The position numbers and the translations under genes were made by a program. Shown piece by piece: positions 37,679 through 47,590 of a stretch of DNA of 64,000 nt. This stretch comes from Verrucomicrobiota bacterium (GTDB lineage: Bacteria > Verrucomicrobiota > Verrucomicrobiia > Limisphaerales > AAA164-E04): contig CP170459.1 in the NCBI GenBank assembly GCA_047947115.1, forward strand, positions 3,328,001-3,392,000, read 5' to 3'. Numbering within the stretch: position 1 is the first letter of the stretch; every line of letters begins with the position of its first letter. The notes under the pieces are model-generated. The model saw nothing but the letters and a program-made list of their open reading frames with translations, was not told the DNA's origin and did no database searches.

Positions 37679-38065
37679 TCAGGGGGATTTCGGGGTTGAA
37701 TCCTTGCGTTGGGGAAGTCCTCCGGTTTCTGAAAGCGTTGGATTCCGGGGGCGATGATCGCGCCGTCTTCTTCGCCGCTTTTTACGCCTTCGCTCGGAGT
37801 CCGAGAGGTTGTCACTCAAAGAGGAGGCATCGGGAACGTTTCGGAACTCGTCTTTGCGTTTGGAATCCTTGCCGCTCACCGACCGAAAGAATTTTGCCCA
37901 TATCGCCAATATAACCATCAAAACCAATCCGACACCCGCCACGATGGCCATGTCATCGAACCATTGGATCTCTTTCGTGCCCTCTTCCGGGGTGGGCAAC
38001 GAAGAGCCGGTGGTGCGGTATGGATCAGATTGCGCCAGGATCCAGATTGGTTGAAACTCTGTCAT
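37679..38065 (-). CDS. Hypothetical single-TM protein with Arg-rich C-terminal region
   Basis: One TM (AIVAGVGLVLMVILAIW) followed by RRRKKRRRRRRDHRPRNPTLSETGGLP. Fills the gap in a minus-strand gene run. Confidence 0.75.
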   Translation of the reverse strand: MTEFQPIWILAQSDPYRTTGSSLPTPEEGTKEIQWFDDMAIVAGVGLVLMVILAIWAKFFRSVSGKDSKRKDEFRNVPDASSLSDNLSDSERRRKKRRRRRRDHRPRNPTLSETGGLPQRKDSTPKSP

Positions 38066-38119
38066 AGGAACGTTGTTAACACGTGATGGTTAGGATGTCG
38101 AATGCTTGTTTTGAAAAAC

Positions 38120-39505
38120 TTAAGACGGCTCCAATTCGATTTTCAGGCGGTGCATTCTGTAGTGGAGGGAGTGTGGCGTCATTTGGAGGGCGCCGGCTGT
38201 CGCATCGACGTTGAAATCATATTCTGAAAGCTTTTTGAGGATCAATTCATGCTCAAACTCACTCAGTTGCTCCTCCAGTGAGGCGGAGGAGATTGGAATC
38301 GAACTGTCTGCGCTGCCCAGTCTGGATTCGACTTTGAAATTTGGCAGACTGGATGCCTGGATGCTTTCCTGAGTTTCCAGAATCACGCTGCGTTCGATCG
38401 CATTTCGAAGTTCACGAACGTTACCCGGCCAGTGGTGGGCCAGCAGTAGTTTTTCCGCTTCGGGAGAGAATTCTTTGATGGGTTTGTTCATCCCCGTGGC
38501 GAATTGCTTCAGAAAATGATTTGCCAGAATCAAAACATCTCCTTCTCGTTCACGCAGGGAAGGAGGGGTGAACTGAACGACATTGAGCCGGTGGAATAGG
38601 TCTTCACGGAACTGATTGGCCCGGATGGCATTGACGATGTCTCGATTGGTGGCCGCTATCAGTCGGACGTCCACCTTGAGTTCCTGATTGCCTCCCACCC
38701 TGGTAAAGGTGCCATCCTCCAGAAATCTTAACAGCTTTGCCTGTAAAGGGCGGCTCATGTCACCGATTTCATCCAGAAAGACGGTGCCGCCATCCGCTTC
38801 TTCCATGCGGCCGGACTTGTTGCGTACGGCTCCGGTAAAAGCGCCTTTTTCATGGCCGAAAAGCTCGCTTTCCAGCAATTGATCCGGAATAGCGGCGCAA
38901 TTGATTCGGGTATAGGATTCCTCTCGGCGTTGGCTCAATGCGTGGATGGCCCCCGCAATCAGTTCCTTGCCGGTTCCGCTTTCCCCAAGAATCAACACGG
39001 TGGCATTCGTTGGGGCAACGGTCATGATCAATTTGCGTACATCATCGATTCCTTTTGAATCACCGATGATTCGTTCCAGGCCGAAAGAGGGCTGGTTGGC
39101 CGATTTTAAGGCCTGATTTTCGGCGATAAGAGTATGGCGTTCGGCGCATCTGGATACGGCGTGCAGTAGTTCTTCCGGAGCAAACGGCTTTGCAAGGTAA
39201 TCGATGGCGCCCGACTTGATGGCTTCCACTGCGAGTTTAGGAGTCGCATAGGCAGTGATCATGAGAATCGGCAGGTCGGGTTTCCGTTGCCGCATTTCTT
39301 TCAAAAAATCGTAACCGCTCATGCCGCCCAGACGTGCATCGGTAATGACCAGAAAGAAGGATTCGGTTTTGAGGATCTCCAGCGCTTCCTCCGCGGATTC
39401 CACGGCCTGCACCTTGTAACCTTCATCTTTCATGACGGTTTCAAGCGAAAGCCGCATGTTCTTTTCGTCGTCGACGATCAATATGGGTGGAAGTTCCTTG
39501 TTCAT
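38120..39505 (-). CDS. Sigma54-dependent response regulator (NtrC family: REC, AAA+, HTH)
   Basis: [45 protein letters not shown]. Confidence 0.96.
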   Translation of the reverse strand: MNKELPPILIVDDEKNMRLSLETVMKDEGYKVQAVESAEEALEILKTESFFLVITDARLGGMSGYDFLKEMRQRKPDLPILMITAYATPKLAVEAIKSGAIDYLAKPFAPEELLHAVSRCAERHTLIAENQALKSANQPSFGLERIIGDSKGIDDVRKLIMTVAPTNATVLILGESGTGKELIAGAIHALSQRREESYTRINCAAIPDQLLESELFGHEKGAFTGAVRNKSGRMEEADGGTVFLDEIGDMSRPLQAKLLRFLEDGTFTRVGGNQELKVDVRLIAATNRDIVNAIRANQFREDLFHRLNVVQFTPPSLREREGDVLILANHFLKQFATGMNKPIKEFSPEAEKLLLAHHWPGNVRELRNAIERSVILETQESIQASSLPNFKVESRLGSADSSIPISSASLEEQLSEFEHELILKKLSEYDFNVDATAGALQMTPHSLHYRMHRLKIELEPS

Positions 39506-39511
39506 CCTTTC

Positions 39512-40876
39512 TCACTTTCGCAACTTCATCAAAGTGCGGGCAGGGAACTGTAATATAAATGTAGTGCCTTCGCCAAGCTGGGATTCCACTTTAAGGTGTC
39601 CACCGTATATCTCCACATTGTGTTTCACGATGGCAAGTCCCAGCCCGGTTCCTTTTTCCTTGGTTGTAAAATAGGGCTCAAATACTTGATCCAGCAGCTC
39701 CTGTGACATGCCTGGTCCGGAGTCTTTTAAGGTGACTAATATAGAGTATCCTTCTCCATTTGTGGCTGTTATGGTCATAGTTCCACGGTTGCCCAAGGCT
39801 TCACGAGCATTCTGAAGAATGTTCACCACAATTTCACTGAAATGACCTCGCTGCATGAAAACGGTAGGGAGCGCCGGGGCGTAATGGCGTTCCACTTTGA
39901 TGTCAAAATCAACTGCTTTTGGAAACACCTGATCAATAGCGTTGTCCAATTCGTCCGTGATTTTCAACGCTTCGATCGTCCCTTCGGCCAATTGGGCAAA
40001 TCCCATCAAATCGGTGATGATTCGATCGGAGCGATGCACCTCTTCGCGTATCAGCGTGATTTGTTGGGTGATGGTTTTTCCTTCTTTCACGGTGCGTTGC
40101 AGGGTGAATGCTGCGTTGTTGATGATTCCCAACGGATTCTTCAATTGATGGGCTATTTCCGCCGCAAGCCGACCGGTTGCCTGGAGCTGTTCCTGGCGGA
40201 TTTTGAATTCTCTGGCTTCATCTTCCACTTTGCGTTGTTTGTCAAAAAGGGTTTGAAACCCGTAGCACCATAGAATCATTGTGCCCAGAATAACAATGCG
40301 CAGGATGAATGAATCTGTATTGGTATCAATGGTTTCTAACTCAATTTCTGCAATGGCGATGTCTGTCAGTCCCGCCATGATGAAACAGAGCACCGTCAGG
40401 GCATTCACGGTAATTTGAGTCGTGGGCGCAGGGATGCTCAGGGCGTTCCGTATGATCAGCAACAGAAAGATCCAATACAGCAAACTGTCAAACCCACCTG
40501 TCACCAATGTCAAAGCCGACAGAAGCAGCACGTCAAAAATCGCGATGACCAGCACAACCAGTTGGTTCATCCACAAGGGGAGTTGATGCATGCCTGCAAT
40601 CATGATACCGCCTCCGATGTTGATGACCGTGTATATGAGGAAAAAGAGACGCACCGTCGCCAATGCCACATCGCGAGTGCTTTGGATATCGTTGAACCAA
40701 TTGGAAAAGAAAAGGTAGTAACCTAGTAAAAGAATTGCACAAATTTTCACCGGCAGACCAAAATGACATTCGACGGTCTTGATTCGTTCTTCTATGCGAC
40801 GCCTGGCCACATCACGATCCGTCCCCAGATGGGGCCATCGTTTTTGAAAAAAGTTGGCTATTTGATCAAACGGCAT
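39512..40876 (-). CDS. Membrane sensor histidine kinase, probable partner of the NtrC-family regulator
   Basis: About 6 TM segments; AAEIAHQLKNPL, NILQNA, DSGPG, FEPYFTTKEKGTGLGL. Confidence 0.95.
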   Translation of the reverse strand: MPFDQIANFFQKRWPHLGTDRDVARRRIEERIKTVECHFGLPVKICAILLLGYYLFFSNWFNDIQSTRDVALATVRLFFLIYTVINIGGGIMIAGMHQLPLWMNQLVVLVIAIFDVLLLSALTLVTGGFDSLLYWIFLLLIIRNALSIPAPTTQITVNALTVLCFIMAGLTDIAIAEIELETIDTNTDSFILRIVILGTMILWCYGFQTLFDKQRKVEDEAREFKIRQEQLQATGRLAAEIAHQLKNPLGIINNAAFTLQRTVKEGKTITQQITLIREEVHRSDRIITDLMGFAQLAEGTIEALKITDELDNAIDQVFPKAVDFDIKVERHYAPALPTVFMQRGHFSEIVVNILQNAREALGNRGTMTITATNGEGYSILVTLKDSGPGMSQELLDQVFEPYFTTKEKGTGLGLAIVKHNVEIYGGHLKVESQLGEGTTFILQFPARTLMKLRK

Positions 40877-40891
40877 GATAGCAGTGCTGCG

Positions 40892-41446
40892 TTAATGGTC
40901 ATTTGACAGCAATTCCAATGCCTTATCGAGGATTCCCTGGATATTCCACAAACGACCGATTCCCTCGTATCCGCAGGCGAGGAGACCTTCTTCAGGTCCG
41001 ATGAAGACCACTCCGCGTTTGACGAGCTTCTGGACGTTTTCCTGCGTTGCCGGATGCAGCCACATTTTGCCGTTCATGGCTGGTGCCAACAGGATGGGAA
41101 CGTTTGGGTTCAAGGAAAGCGCGATGCAGCTCAGGGCGTCATCCGCCAGCCCATGAGCCAGTTTTGCAATGGTGTTGGCCGTGGCAGGAGCTATCAGAAG
41201 CAAATCCGCTTCATCCGCGACTCGAATGTGCGAGGGTTTCCAACCCTCTTCTTCATCATACAGATCAGTCAGGACGGGCTGGCGTGACAAAGTTTTGAAG
41301 GGAAGGGGGGTGATGAATTTCTGGGCATCGGGTGTCAATATCACCGAGACTTGATGCCCTAGTTTGGTTAAATTGCTGGCAATGTCCACGGCCTTATGGG
41401 CGGCGATGGAACCCGTGACTCCCAGTGCGATGTTTTTCATTTTCAT
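40892..41446 (-). CDS. coaC: Phosphopantothenoylcysteine decarboxylase (stand-alone CoaC flavoprotein)
   Basis: LGVTGSIAAHK, IAPATANTIAKLAHG, APAMN, LACGYEGIGR; no CoaB domain. Start 41470, 41446 or 41440. Confidence 0.9.
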   Translation of the reverse strand: MKMKNIALGVTGSIAAHKAVDIASNLTKLGHQVSVILTPDAQKFITPLPFKTLSRQPVLTDLYDEEEGWKPSHIRVADEADLLLIAPATANTIAKLAHGLADDALSCIALSLNPNVPILLAPAMNGKMWLHPATQENVQKLVKRGVVFIGPEEGLLACGYEGIGRLWNIQGILDKALELLSNDH

Positions 41447-41469
41447 TGGCTTTTCGGTGACTCGGAACA

Positions 41470-42096
41470 TCAAGACGGGTCGAAAGAGCGACGCTTTGAT
41501 TTTAAACGTTCTGCTTGCACGATGGAAAGCAGGTTTTGCAGATCCTGCTCTCTTGTTCCGGAAACGATCAAGTAATCAAAATTCGGCCATTCGCTCAATT
41601 CCGTCTTTGCATGCTTCAGACGCTGGAGGATGATTTCCTCCTTGTCCTGGGCGCGATTCCTGAGTCTGTCCTCCAGTTCCACAAGACTTGACGGAGACAG
41701 AAACACGGTAACCAAAGCCTTGGCAATCGTCGCATCCTCCATGACCATTTTTCGAATGGAATGGGCCCCTTGCACATCAATATTGAGGAGAACGTCCTTT
41801 TTATCTTTCATTTCCCTGAGGACATCTTCCTTGCGCGTGCCATAAAGGTTTCCGTACACCTCGGCAAATTCCAGAAATTGTCCCTGGTTTATCGCAAGTT
41901 TAAACTCTTCGCGTGGCAGAAAATGATAGTCCACACCGTCTTGTTCGCCAACACGAGGGGGACGGGTGGTGCAGGTTGTGACTCGGCGGACTTTCGAGTC
42001 AGAGTCGAGTAGTCCCTGGCACAAGGTTGTTTTTCCCGCACCTGAGGGGGCGGAGACGATGATTAGAAGTGAATCTGATTCCGGAGTGTTGAGCAT
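41470..42096 (-). CDS. gmk: Guanylate kinase
   Basis: SAPSGAGKTT, TTRPPRVGEQDGVDYHF, YGNLYGT, IDVQGA. Confidence 0.96.
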   Translation of the reverse strand: MLNTPESDSLLIIVSAPSGAGKTTLCQGLLDSDSKVRRVTTCTTRPPRVGEQDGVDYHFLPREEFKLAINQGQFLEFAEVYGNLYGTRKEDVLREMKDKKDVLLNIDVQGAHSIRKMVMEDATIAKALVTVFLSPSSLVELEDRLRNRAQDKEEIILQRLKHAKTELSEWPNFDYLIVSGTREQDLQNLLSIVQAERLKSKRRSFDPS

Positions 42097-42103
42097 GACC
42101 GGG

Positions 42104-42988
42104 TTATTCCAGATTTTGAACCTGTTCTCTGAATTTTTCCAATTCAGTCTTCAACGTCACCACAATATGTGCAATTTCGTGATTGCTGGCTTTGGAACCG
42201 ATGGTGTTGATCTCACGGAACATTTCCTGAGCAAGAAAATCAAGACTTCTGCCTACCTGGTTTTGTCCTTCACAGAGGGTTTTAAAATGACTGAAATGAC
42301 TCTCCAGTCGTGTCATTTCTTCCGATATATCACATTTGTCTGCAAAAATGACCAGTTCCTTCAGGATGCGATCGTCGTTCAGGTCGATTTGCTCCAGTCC
42401 CGCCTGTTGCAATCGTTCCATCAACTGACGACGGTGACGTTCAGGAAGGTCCGCTGCCAGTTTGCGGACGTCTTCTAAAGCATTGCGCATGGTTTCAATA
42501 CGCGAGGAGAGATCGGTGTAAAGGTGTTGTCCTTCAGTTTCCCGCATGGCGATCAGTCCCTTTACCGCGTCACTTGCAGCCGATTCGACGGCTTGCCAGA
42601 TTAAATCCGGATCGGGGATCTTTAGATCTATCTTCAATACGCCGGGTATGCGTGCCAGCAGTTCGAGGGTGACATCCGGTTTGGCTCCCAAGTTACCGGC
42701 AACATCCTGCAAAGCGCCGACGCATGAGGCGGCCAGTGCCTGGTTCACTTTTGGTTCCGCGCAATCGTTGCCATCCAGATCAGAGAGCTTCACCCGCACC
42801 TGAACCCGGCCCCTCGAGATATAGCCGTTGAGGAAAGTTTTGATTTTGCCTTCCAAAGCATCCAGTTCTTTGGGCAAGGCGACTGCAAATTCGAGTTGCT
42901 TTCGGTTGACGGATTGCAATTCCACCGTCAATCGATAGTTCTGGCTGGTGGATTCTCCTCGACCGTAGCCGGTCATTGATTTGATCAT
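42104..42988 (-). CDS. yicC: YicC/YloC family endoribonuclease
   Basis: MIKSMTGYG, SVNRK, DISEEMTRL, GRSLDFLAQEMFREINTIGSK, REQVQNLE. Confidence 0.95.
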   Translation of the reverse strand: MIKSMTGYGRGESTSQNYRLTVELQSVNRKQLEFAVALPKELDALEGKIKTFLNGYISRGRVQVRVKLSDLDGNDCAEPKVNQALAASCVGALQDVAGNLGAKPDVTLELLARIPGVLKIDLKIPDPDLIWQAVESAASDAVKGLIAMRETEGQHLYTDLSSRIETMRNALEDVRKLAADLPERHRRQLMERLQQAGLEQIDLNDDRILKELVIFADKCDISEEMTRLESHFSHFKTLCEGQNQVGRSLDFLAQEMFREINTIGSKASNHEIAHIVVTLKTELEKFREQVQNLE

Positions 42989-43104
42989 GCCCCGATTCAA
43001 GCGGACCGCCGGGGTGCAAGTCAATCATGGCTTGGGTTATTCCAAGCTTATTTGAATGAAGATTCCGAAGGTGAGGATGTGAAATCTGGTAAGTTCGCTT
43101 GAAT

Positions 43105-44070
43105 CTATGCGTTGTCTGTCACGACGCTTTTTATGACGGGCAGTACTGCGTTGAAGAACTGCCGGATTTGATCAATCAACAACTGTGCTTCTTCCTTGTT
43201 ATCGCTCAGAGCCTGCATCTCCAGTTTGGCGCAGAGAGAGGACATGAGTGTCAGTCCGTAAATCTGGCATACTGCTTTGTAAGAGTGTGCGATACGCCTC
43301 AAGTCTGTCATGGAATCTAAACTCAATGCAGTCTGCATCTCGTTCATGCGCTCGGGAGTGCCTTCGATAAAATCCTGGATGAGTTCGTTGGTGGCTTCAC
43401 TGCCGATTTCACTTCGAAGGTTGGCAAGTGTCGTCGCTACTTCCTCGAATTCATTGATAATGTCTTCCGCCATGGTCTGGTCTAGTCTGTTGAGATTAAG
43501 CTCAATCCACAAGTTCATCAACCTTTCGTTTAATGGATTGCTCATGAGTGGTTTGCTTATGAATGAATCCATGCCGGCGTCCAGGCACGATCGTTTTTCT
43601 GATAAGCTGGCATTGGCAGTGACGCCTATGATCTGAATGGGGCGCAGATTTGGGAGGGCGTTTTCGTTTTCCAGACGGCGAATGATGCGTGTTGCTTCTC
43701 TTCCGTCGACTTCCGGCATGTAGCAATCCATGAGGATGAGATCACATGGGGACGTTTGAACCTTTTCAACGGCTTCAAGACCGTTCTTCACCGTCTCCGG
43801 GTGGTATCCCAGTTTCTTGAGGAGGTTTTTGGAATATTCCCTGTTTGCAGCATGGTCTTCAGCGATAATGATCTTTAATGATGAAAAAGGAAAGCGGTTT
43901 GCCTCGATGTCTGCTTGACTTGCCATGCGACCATTGTTGCGTGATCCAGAGTCGTGCGTGACGCTTGCATTGGCCCTGTTCTCTCCCAGCTCTCTGGCCG
44001 CTGGCATCTGGTGATCTTTCTGTTGAAAAAAAACTCGATCCGTTGAGTATGTCTGGTGTTTGATTGGCAT
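43105..44070 (-). CDS. Response regulator receiver plus Hpt domain protein
   Basis: IIIAEDH...LILMDCYMP...VTANA...GMDSFISKP; C-terminal helical LRRIAHSYKAVCQIYG...CAKLE; strong RBS TAAGGAGA. Confidence 0.9.
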   Translation of the reverse strand: MPIKHQTYSTDRVFFQQKDHQMPAARELGENRANASVTHDSGSRNNGRMASQADIEANRFPFSSLKIIIAEDHAANREYSKNLLKKLGYHPETVKNGLEAVEKVQTSPCDLILMDCYMPEVDGREATRIIRRLENENALPNLRPIQIIGVTANASLSEKRSCLDAGMDSFISKPLMSNPLNERLMNLWIELNLNRLDQTMAEDIINEFEEVATTLANLRSEIGSEATNELIQDFIEGTPERMNEMQTALSLDSMTDLRRIAHSYKAVCQIYGLTLMSSLCAKLEMQALSDNKEEAQLLIDQIRQFFNAVLPVIKSVVTDNA

Positions 44071-44115
44071 TCGATCTCCTTATTGGTTGGTTAAAATAAA
44101 ACGAAGGAGCTTTCA

Positions 44116-44131
44116 TGCAGGTAGCATGCCA
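44116..44131 (-). promoter_or_regulatory. Putative sigma54 (-24/-12) promoter of the REC-Hpt gene
   Basis: Minus strand TGGCATG-CTAC-CTGCA, exact GG-N10-GC spacing, two mismatches to TGGCACG-N4-TTGCW, 46 nt upstream of the ATG. Confidence 0.65.
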
Positions 44132-44270
44132 CAATTGGTAAAACGTCAATAAAGTCGTTAAGGAAGGTATGCGTCAATCTGCATAAAACCAGTTTGAGAT
44201 ATATTTAATTAGCTATATACAAGCGCTTTACTAAAAGTCGCCAGTCGAATATATCAATAGGGATCTGATG

Positions 44271-44324
44271 TTGCGATGTTTTCGCAATGCTTGAAAACAC
44301 CTGTTCGCAATGCATATGCATTGC
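44271..44324. promoter_or_regulatory. Cluster of enhancer-like repeats (candidate upstream activator sequences)
   Basis: TTGCGA-N5-TCGCAA (44271-44287); direct repeat TTCGCAATGC at 44281 and 44304; perfect palindrome GCAATGCATATGCATTGC (44307-44324). Confidence 0.5.
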
Positions 44325-44363
44325 TGGAATGTGAGTGAATGCTCCTTGCCCTTCACTTGGAAA

Positions 44364-46043
44364 CTACGAATGACAGGGTTTTGATTTGATGTGTTGCAAT
44401 GATTTCATCAAATCACTCAGGGAGGATGTTGGTTCCTGGTTTCCTCCAAAATGATCATGCAATTTTACGTAAAGCACGTAGAGTGAATCGTAAACATCAG
44501 CCGCCGTCGATGTCGGGGAATATTGTTTTTGGGCCTGCTGGCACATTTTTGACTGAGCAGTGCCGATATCGGGGTGAATTTTCGCCGCTACACTGGCCGC
44601 TATGGCTGAGCCTAAAGCACATGTCTGACTGGACTTGGAGACTTGAATGTTGCGGCCTGTGATATCCGCATAAATCTGCATGAGCATTGGATTGTTGCTG
44701 GCCAACCCACCACAAGCAATGATTGTATCAACCACAATTCCATACCGTTCAATGCGCTCCAGAATCATGCGCGCACCAAACGCCGTCGCTTCAATGAGTG
44801 CCCTGTAAATCTCGTGGGCCTGTGTCTGTAATGTTTGACCCAGTAGGACGCCGGTTAACAGCGGGTCGCAGAGCAGGCAGCGGTTTCCATTATTCCAATC
44901 CAGTGCCAGCAATCCGGATTCTCCCGGTTGAAGTTTTTCAGCCGCTTCGGTGAGGCTTTCATGTGAATCGGAGGAATGTTCGAGAACGTGATCCACCCAC
45001 CAGTGAAAAAGATCTCCTACAGCCGATTGGCCGGCTTCCAGGCCATGATGCTTTGGAAGCACTGTTTCCGGTACGATTCCACATAGACCCTGAATAAAGG
45101 GCAGCTCCTGGGACAATGGTGCCACGATGATATCGCAGGTCGAAGTCCCCATGATCTTGACCATGGCCCCCGGGCGAATACCGCTTCCTACAGCACCAAG
45201 GTGTGCATCCAGTGCTCCTGTGGCCACCGGAGTGCCCGCCGATAAGCCCAACCTGTCAGCCCAATCCGTGCAAAGCATTCCTGCGGGTTGATCGATGGCG
45301 CTCGTTTTTATCTCTCTGAGAGATTGACCGATTCTCGCCATTTCGGGATGAAGTTGATTGAGGAAGGATTCATCGGGATAACCTCCCCATTTGGCATGGT
45401 AAAGTGCTTTATGGCCGGCGGCGCAAAGGTTTCTTACCGGAGATTCCTGGTTGCCCGTCAGGACAGCTGGCAACCAGTCTGAAATCTCAATCCAAGAATG
45501 GGCGGCTTCAATGACTTCCGGATATTGCCGGATGCAACGGAGCAATTTTGCCCAAAACCATTCGGACGAATATACTCCCCCGCAATGGTTCAGATATTCA
45601 GGGCGGAAATTACCTGCCTGCTTGGTAAGTTCCTTGGCTTCTTCGGAGGATGTGTGGTCTTTCCAGAGCCATGCCATGGCTCCGGGATGATCTCTGAATG
45701 TCGGTAAATCGGTGAGCGGGTTTCCTTGGTGGTCAACTGGCAGGGGTGTGCTGCCTGTGGCGTCAATACCGATGCCTCTGACCTGTTCCGGGCTGAACGT
45801 GGGTTCGGTTGCTGAAGCTTGTTGCAGGGCCTGCCTGACGGATTGTTCCGCTCCGAAGAGGTAATCGGAAGGATGCTGACGGGCCAGGTCGGGATTCTTG
45901 GAATCGGTCAAGATCCCCTGATCCCCTTGAGGGTAAACACAGACTGCGCTTGCAATTTCCTTGCCTTGATGTGTGTCAACAATGAGGCAGCGCACGGAAT
46001 TGGTGCCATAATCCAATCCCAAAGTATAAGCAGGTTCCGGCAT
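44364..46043 (-). CDS. araB: Ribulokinase (FGGY family)
   Basis: LGLDYGTNSVR, GIDATGSTPLP, LWKDHT, YSSEWFWAK, CAAGHK, EAGQSAVGD, LDWNNGNR. Confidence 0.92.
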   Translation of the reverse strand: MPEPAYTLGLDYGTNSVRCLIVDTHQGKEIASAVCVYPQGDQGILTDSKNPDLARQHPSDYLFGAEQSVRQALQQASATEPTFSPEQVRGIGIDATGSTPLPVDHQGNPLTDLPTFRDHPGAMAWLWKDHTSSEEAKELTKQAGNFRPEYLNHCGGVYSSEWFWAKLLRCIRQYPEVIEAAHSWIEISDWLPAVLTGNQESPVRNLCAAGHKALYHAKWGGYPDESFLNQLHPEMARIGQSLREIKTSAIDQPAGMLCTDWADRLGLSAGTPVATGALDAHLGAVGSGIRPGAMVKIMGTSTCDIIVAPLSQELPFIQGLCGIVPETVLPKHHGLEAGQSAVGDLFHWWVDHVLEHSSDSHESLTEAAEKLQPGESGLLALDWNNGNRCLLCDPLLTGVLLGQTLQTQAHEIYRALIEATAFGARMILERIERYGIVVDTIIACGGLASNNPMLMQIYADITGRNIQVSKSSQTCALGSAIAASVAAKIHPDIGTAQSKMCQQAQKQYSPTSTAADVYDSLYVLYVKLHDHFGGNQEPTSSLSDLMKSLQHIKSKPCHS

Positions 46044-46081
46044 GGAGGTTTGTGTTGGGTTAAAGGGGGGGGATCTATTTC

Positions 46082-46804
46082 CTACCAGTAGCCTATGATA
46101 TTCCCGAAAGGAATGGTTGCGTTGTGGGGGCGCATTTGATTTTGTTTGCGAAAATTGACCGAGCCGTCGACCAGACCAATGTTTCCGCCCTGTGATTTCA
46201 GTTCCTCCGGCTCGGGAAACACACGCTCGGCGCTTTTGACCGGTCCTGTCGGACCGTGAGGTGCAGAGGTGATCGGTGGATTGACGGTTCCTTTTTCAAT
46301 GACATCCCCAATCATGGGCCAGGTAGGGTTGTCGGTAGCACGCTGGGGGGAATCCCATGGCCACGGATTGTCTCCGTAATCCGCATTTCGATCCCTTTCG
46401 TCCTGATTTGTTCGATGTCCCCAGAGGAAGTAATAACCCAGGCGATAGCCCACACCTGGTTGAACACGAAACCAATTTTGTTTGCTCGGACAATTGAATG
46501 AATTGGTGGCCAAACCACCGGAATTTTTCATGTAGTCAAAGACCTGTGAGTGAATGAATGAAAAATGTTCGATCCCATTGTCACGTAATCCTTCAGGGAA
46601 TTTTTGTTCATTGTCGTTGGCATACATCAACATCGTGAGAACAATCTGACGTTGATTAGACTTACATACCGCTCGTTTGCTTTGTTCCTTGGCTTTGCTG
46701 AGTGCCGGTAATAGCATCCCCGCCAGAATTGCGATGATGGCAATGACGACGAGAAGTTCGATCAGGGTAAAACCTGACTTCGGGGAATTTGTTGTGTATT
46801 TCAT
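46082..46804 (-). CDS. Prepilin-type N-terminal cleavage/methylation protein (DUF1559-like pseudopilin)
   Basis: [29 protein letters not shown]...C.SN.RQI; C-terminal [11 protein letters not shown]. Confidence 0.93.
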   Translation of the reverse strand: MKYTTNSPKSGFTLIELLVVIAIIAILAGMLLPALSKAKEQSKRAVCKSNQRQIVLTMLMYANDNEQKFPEGLRDNGIEHFSFIHSQVFDYMKNSGGLATNSFNCPSKQNWFRVQPGVGYRLGYYFLWGHRTNQDERDRNADYGDNPWPWDSPQRATDNPTWPMIGDVIEKGTVNPPITSAPHGPTGPVKSAERVFPEPEELKSQGGNIGLVDGSVNFRKQNQMRPHNATIPFGNIIGYW

Positions 46805-46840
46805 GTCAGCTAATACTGGTTCTCATTCCGGATTGGCGGT

Positions 46841-47590
46841 ATGATAGTTGAAATGCAGTGGATTGCAATAAGTCAAATTGAACGGCTGAACGTGTTGTTC
46901 CCTATATGGTTGTGCGTTGCAGGGGGGGTGCTTATTTGCTTGGGGCGGCCTACTGTCCTGATGGGGCAGGAATCGGTCACATTGCCTGCCTCCAATGACC
47001 TTGAGGAAGTTTACCAGGCGTGTGTTCTTTGCCATGGAACGAAGGAAATGCAAAGGGGACCGATTTTGGATGGATTGCCCGCTTGGTATATCGAGCGACA
47101 ACTCTCCAAGTTTGCCTCCGGGTTACGTGGACAACAGGAGGAAAACCGCAGCGCCCTTCTGATGGTTCCCGTTGTGCAGCAATACAGCGATCCTCGATTG
47201 TGGGCAAAACTGGCAAAACGTTTCGAATCTTCACCCAAACCGGATCATATCAAGACTATTCGAGGAAATCCTTCTCGCGGGAAACTCCTTTTTGCCATTT
47301 GCGCCAGCTGTCACGGCCCCAGGGCACAGGGCAATTTAACCATCAATGCGCCTCCATTAAATGTGCAGGAGGATTGGTATCTGATGGATCAGTTGAGGAA
47401 ATTCAAAATGGACTGGCGCGGAAGTGATCCTGAGGATGTGGAGGGAAATTTGATGCGCAATATTGCCAAAATATACTCTATCAACGACCTGAAGGACATT
47501 GTGGCCTACATTGTCCGCATGGAGAAGGATGTTGAGGCCAACAATTCAGATGCCCTCAAAGAAGGTGTGGTTGCGGAACCGGAGCGTTAG
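46841..47590 (+). CDS. Dihaem c-type cytochrome (cytochrome c4-like)
   Basis: Two CxxCH motifs (CVLCH, CASCH), each followed by P.L....WY...QL.KF and a distal Met. True start may be later (e.g. GTG 46892). Confidence 0.9.
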   Translation: MIVEMQWIAISQIERLNVLFPIWLCVAGGVLICLGRPTVLMGQESVTLPASNDLEEVYQACVLCHGTKEMQRGPILDGLPAWYIERQLSKFASGLRGQQEENRSALLMVPVVQQYSDPRLWAKLAKRFESSPKPDHIKTIRGNPSRGKLLFAICASCHGPRAQGNLTINAPPLNVQEDWYLMDQLRKFKMDWRGSDPEDVEGNLMRNIAKIYSINDLKDIVAYIVRMEKDVEANNSDALKEGVVAEPER

